The notes under the pieces are model-generated. The model had not been told where the DNA came from. It searched no databases and saw only the letters and a list, made by a program, of their open reading frames with translations. Positions 60,627 through 63,125 of a DNA stretch of 63,125 nucleotides are shown here, in pieces. The stretch is from Pseudomonadota bacterium (GTDB lineage Bacteria > UBA10199 > 2-02-FULL-44-16 > JAAZCA01). The stretch covers positions 1 through 63,125 of the forward strand of contig JBDRBN010000026.1 in assembly GCA_043822785.1 (NCBI GenBank), in the 5' to 3' direction. Numbering within the stretch: the first letter of the stretch is position 1; every line of letters begins with the position of its first letter. Position numbers and translations under genes: made by a program.

Positions 60627-63029
60627 TTGTCTTTGCCGGATTCGGCTGCGAAAAGGGTCCGTCCTGCCGAGATCACCGAAGCAGCTCCAGGTGCAGCGGG
60701 AGGAGTTCTCGGTCCTGAAGTCTTCAATACGCAGTTTTATCAGAGTCCAGTGCGCGCCGAACCTGATGACCTCCTGACAATTCCGGGGTATGGATTTGCG
60801 GAGGAAGCAATCGTGGTCTATAAGCAGACGACGGATGCCCTTTCCGCAACTCCTCCGGCCGACGCCCCCCTGACCCAGAACAGCGCTGCAGAAGGCATGA
60901 TGAGAGTCGTGAGTTCAGCTGAGATTCCCGATTCCATTACTGTTCTTTTGCCGGAAGTCATGAAATCAAGGCAGCCTTACGCCTTATGGGTGAAAAACCC
61001 GGAGAGCGGCTGGAGTGAGCCGGTATTTATAAATGACGCGCGTCCATTATGGATTACGCCTGTTGTATCCTATTCAACACAAAAATACGCTTCTTTACCA
61101 AGAGAGCTCAAGGTGGTCGGAAGGAATCTGGAGGGCTACAGTAATTACGAAACGCATGTTAAACTTGTCGGGCCACAGACTTACGATTTAAAGGCTGAGA
61201 ATGACAATGATCCAGGGACCGCAATCGAGCATTACGCTGCAAGAGTGAAACTTCCGAACCCGTTGCCTCCCGGGACCTATGAAGTCAAAGTATCCCGCGA
61301 TGGAATAAACTGGGTTGAGTTGCCCGAAGACAGTGTGTTTACCGTACTGCCTGATCCACAGCCGAAAAAAGTTTTTAATATTACAACTTACGGCTGTACA
61401 GCTAATGACGGTATGGATGATACCGGCTGCATCAATGCTGCAATTTCCGCCGCAAACGCGGCAGGCGGCGGAGAAGTCTTTTTTCCACCGGGCAAATGGG
61501 AGTTGAGGGATGCCTCTAAATCAAGCGTCGATTTTTACTGGTATTATGGCCTGGTTGTTCCGCGGAATGTAGACCTGGTTGGCGCAGGAGCAGCGTCAAC
61601 TACAATAGCACAGACAAAGGACTGGAAAGTGCCCGGCATGCCAAATGTTCTTTCTGCCTTTACGCTTATGGGGGATAACACGGTTAAGGATCTTCATCTT
61701 GATTCAGAAGGATGGAATTATGTCGACTTCCCTTATAATGCCGGTGCTTATTTAACTTTTTTTAACCTTGGAAAGCAACCGGCCCACAGCGAATTGAAAC
61801 AGGTTGAGAACATAAAGATCTATAACTGCAATTTCTCAAGAATGTATCACGGCATCAGCACTTCCGGTCTTCCCATTCGCGGACTGTTTGTAGTTAATAA
61901 CCGGTTCCAGGCGTATAAGAATGCTGTTTTCTTTAGTGGTGATCGGTTTAATTTAGAAGATTCAGTAATAAGGCATAACCTTTTTTATCCAGGAGATTAT
62001 GTCACAGAAGATAAACGGCAGGGAACAATTGCTTCTGAAATTGGCGCTTCCAGGCGTGTGGATTTTAGCAACAATATCGCCGATGGGCATGTAAACAACG
62101 GCTGGAGAGCCGCCTTCTTCTTCCATATGAACAACAATCACGAAAAGGTGCTGTTATCACAGAACACTGTCGCCTGTTCCGGAGATAAAGGTGGAGACGG
62201 CGAAGCCATAATTTTTGATAATAACCAGAATAAACTGGGGTTCAGGGAATTATACGCAGTTACTGCTGCGACTCTGGATTCTGTATCTGTAAACGGCCAA
62301 TGGAATGATAACACCCCGGATTATTATAATGGACACTATGTAATTATTGCCGACGGGAAAGGCTTTGGCCAGGTGCGCAAAATTTCAGAATACACTATCG
62401 GAAATTCATTGATGATCAAAGTTTCACCATCCTGGGATGTGGTCCCCGATGGTACCAGCAAGATAGTTGTAGCCAGGGCAGTGTGGAACAGTTACATGGT
62501 TGACAACCTGATAGATACACGCAATTGCCTGAAAACCAACTATAAAGATCAATCAGGGCTGACCGGCTGGTATTCTCTGACTTTTGATTCAACTATTGAA
62601 GGCAATCAATTATTTGAAACCGACGGGATTATTGTAGTGGCCAGCTTACAAGATTATCAGGATTTGGCATATAAAGATGGAGGAGGACTTTACCTGTTTT
62701 TACATTATGCCGATGAAATCAGAAATAATTTAATTGAAGGAAAATATAAAGTTCCGGGCAAGTACGGGGGTATTCAGTTGTGGTACGGCTCGGGATGGAT
62801 AAAAGGAGAGAAAGGCGGTCCCGAGGTTGTTAGCCCGGTATTAGGTTATAATCTGGCTGTTTCCCACAACCAGATTATAAAATCAGCTACTACCCAAGGA
62901 GAGGGGGCGATTGCCATCGTTCCCAGTTGGTATGTTTCAAGCATAACACCTTACCAGTGGAAAAACGTCTTAATATTCCATAACAAAGTCATGTACCCCC
63001 GGCAGAGCCGGGGGCTTGAAAAACCGTGA
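60627..63029 (+). CDS. Right-handed beta-helix (pectate-lyase-fold) protein; lipoprotein signal peptide is in a different frame
   Basis: FNITTYGCTANDGMDDTGCINAAISAANAAGGGEVFFPPGKWEL is typical of the pectate-lyase-3/GH55-like N-terminus. The ATG at 60587 encodes MKDTLILLILAASLVFAGFGC in another frame. Confidence 0.7.
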   Translation: MSLPDSAAKRVRPAEITEAAPGAAGGVLGPEVFNTQFYQSPVRAEPDDLLTIPGYGFAEEAIVVYKQTTDALSATPPADAPLTQNSAAEGMMRVVSSAEIPDSITVLLPEVMKSRQPYALWVKNPESGWSEPVFINDARPLWITPVVSYSTQKYASLPRELKVVGRNLEGYSNYETHVKLVGPQTYDLKAENDNDPGTAIEHYAARVKLPNPLPPGTYEVKVSRDGINWVELPEDSVFTVLPDPQPKKVFNITTYGCTANDGMDDTGCINAAISAANAAGGGEVFFPPGKWELRDASKSSVDFYWYYGLVVPRNVDLVGAGAASTTIAQTKDWKVPGMPNVLSAFTLMGDNTVKDLHLDSEGWNYVDFPYNAGAYLTFFNLGKQPAHSELKQVENIKIYNCNFSRMYHGISTSGLPIRGLFVVNNRFQAYKNAVFFSGDRFNLEDSVIRHNLFYPGDYVTEDKRQGTIASEIGASRRVDFSNNIADGHVNNGWRAAFFFHMNNNHEKVLLSQNTVACSGDKGGDGEAIIFDNNQNKLGFRELYAVTAATLDSVSVNGQWNDNTPDYYNGHYVIIADGKGFGQVRKISEYTIGNSLMIKVSPSWDVVPDGTSKIVVARAVWNSYMVDNLIDTRNCLKTNYKDQSGLTGWYSLTFDSTIEGNQLFETDGIIVVASLQDYQDLAYKDGGGLYLFLHYADEIRNNLIEGKYKVPGKYGGIQLWYGSGWIKGEKGGPEVVSPVLGYNLAVSHNQIIKSATTQGEGAIAIVPSWYVSSITPYQWKNVLIFHNKVMYPRQSRGLEKP

Positions 63030-63125
63030 ACCGCTCAAAGCGGTTAAAACCTACCGAAACATATTCAGCTGATCGAGCCGTTGGTCTTCCTTTTCCTGAT
63101 TCCTTATGTATTCGCGTACTGCGTT

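Overview
This 63-kb window comes from a diderm bacterium, judged from lipoproteins, a porin and beta-barrel C-termini. I cannot assign a lineage from the sequence alone. No rRNA, tRNA or CRISPR array was seen.

Contents from left to right:
(1) 175-8668, minus strand: an operon with lysine-fermentation genes kdd-kamA-kamD-kamE, tightly coupled to a lipid-kinase-like gene and followed by a large lipoprotein.
(2) 9-24 kb: an accessory region with three paralogous B12-binding radical SAM enzymes. Each is preceded by small, extremely basic peptide ORFs that are missing from the ORF track. The region also holds a HemN-like radical SAM, three AAA+/DUF4143-type ATPase genes each bracketed by direct repeats, a decayed IS, and several orphan copies of the radical SAM 3' end. 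I rate this the best candidate for an undescribed RiPP-like system.
(3) 24.5-27 kb: an OmpR/histidine-kinase pair and a small Ig-like secreted protein.
(4) 27-35 kb: a 2190-aa Sec-exported RHS/YD-repeat toxin whose C-terminal tip looks like an L,D-transpeptidase (YkuD/Tlde1-like) domain. It is bracketed by two paralogous GIY-YIG nuclease genes.
(5) 34.7-37.2 kb: a Hanks-type Ser/Thr kinase and a RAYT-like HUH tyrosine transposase.
(6) 37.5-49 kb: an envelope gene cluster. It has two lipoproteins sharing N- and C-terminal motifs (MP[IF]PI... and ...GW[KG][VI]PNPGK), a 989-aa protein with a beta-barrel-like C-terminal half, a BNR/Ig-like lipoprotein, and an S8 protease with a Cys-Gly-Gly C-terminal sorting-type tail.
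(7) 49-63 kb: a CHASE2 adenylate/guanylate cyclase with a FecR-like partner, a CheY-like receiver, a porin, a radical SAM, a CDP-alcohol phosphatidyltransferase-phosphodiesterase fusion, a GbsR/MarR regulator, an HTH-MNT/HEPN pair, a truncated IS1380-like transposase, and a beta-helix protein.

A hairpin repeat family (GTCATYGCGAG-variable stem-GCRATCTCC) occurs throughout, at 19 loci and about 35 units. It usually forms inverted doublets, shows clear compensatory covariation, and several copies sit in frame inside coding sequences.
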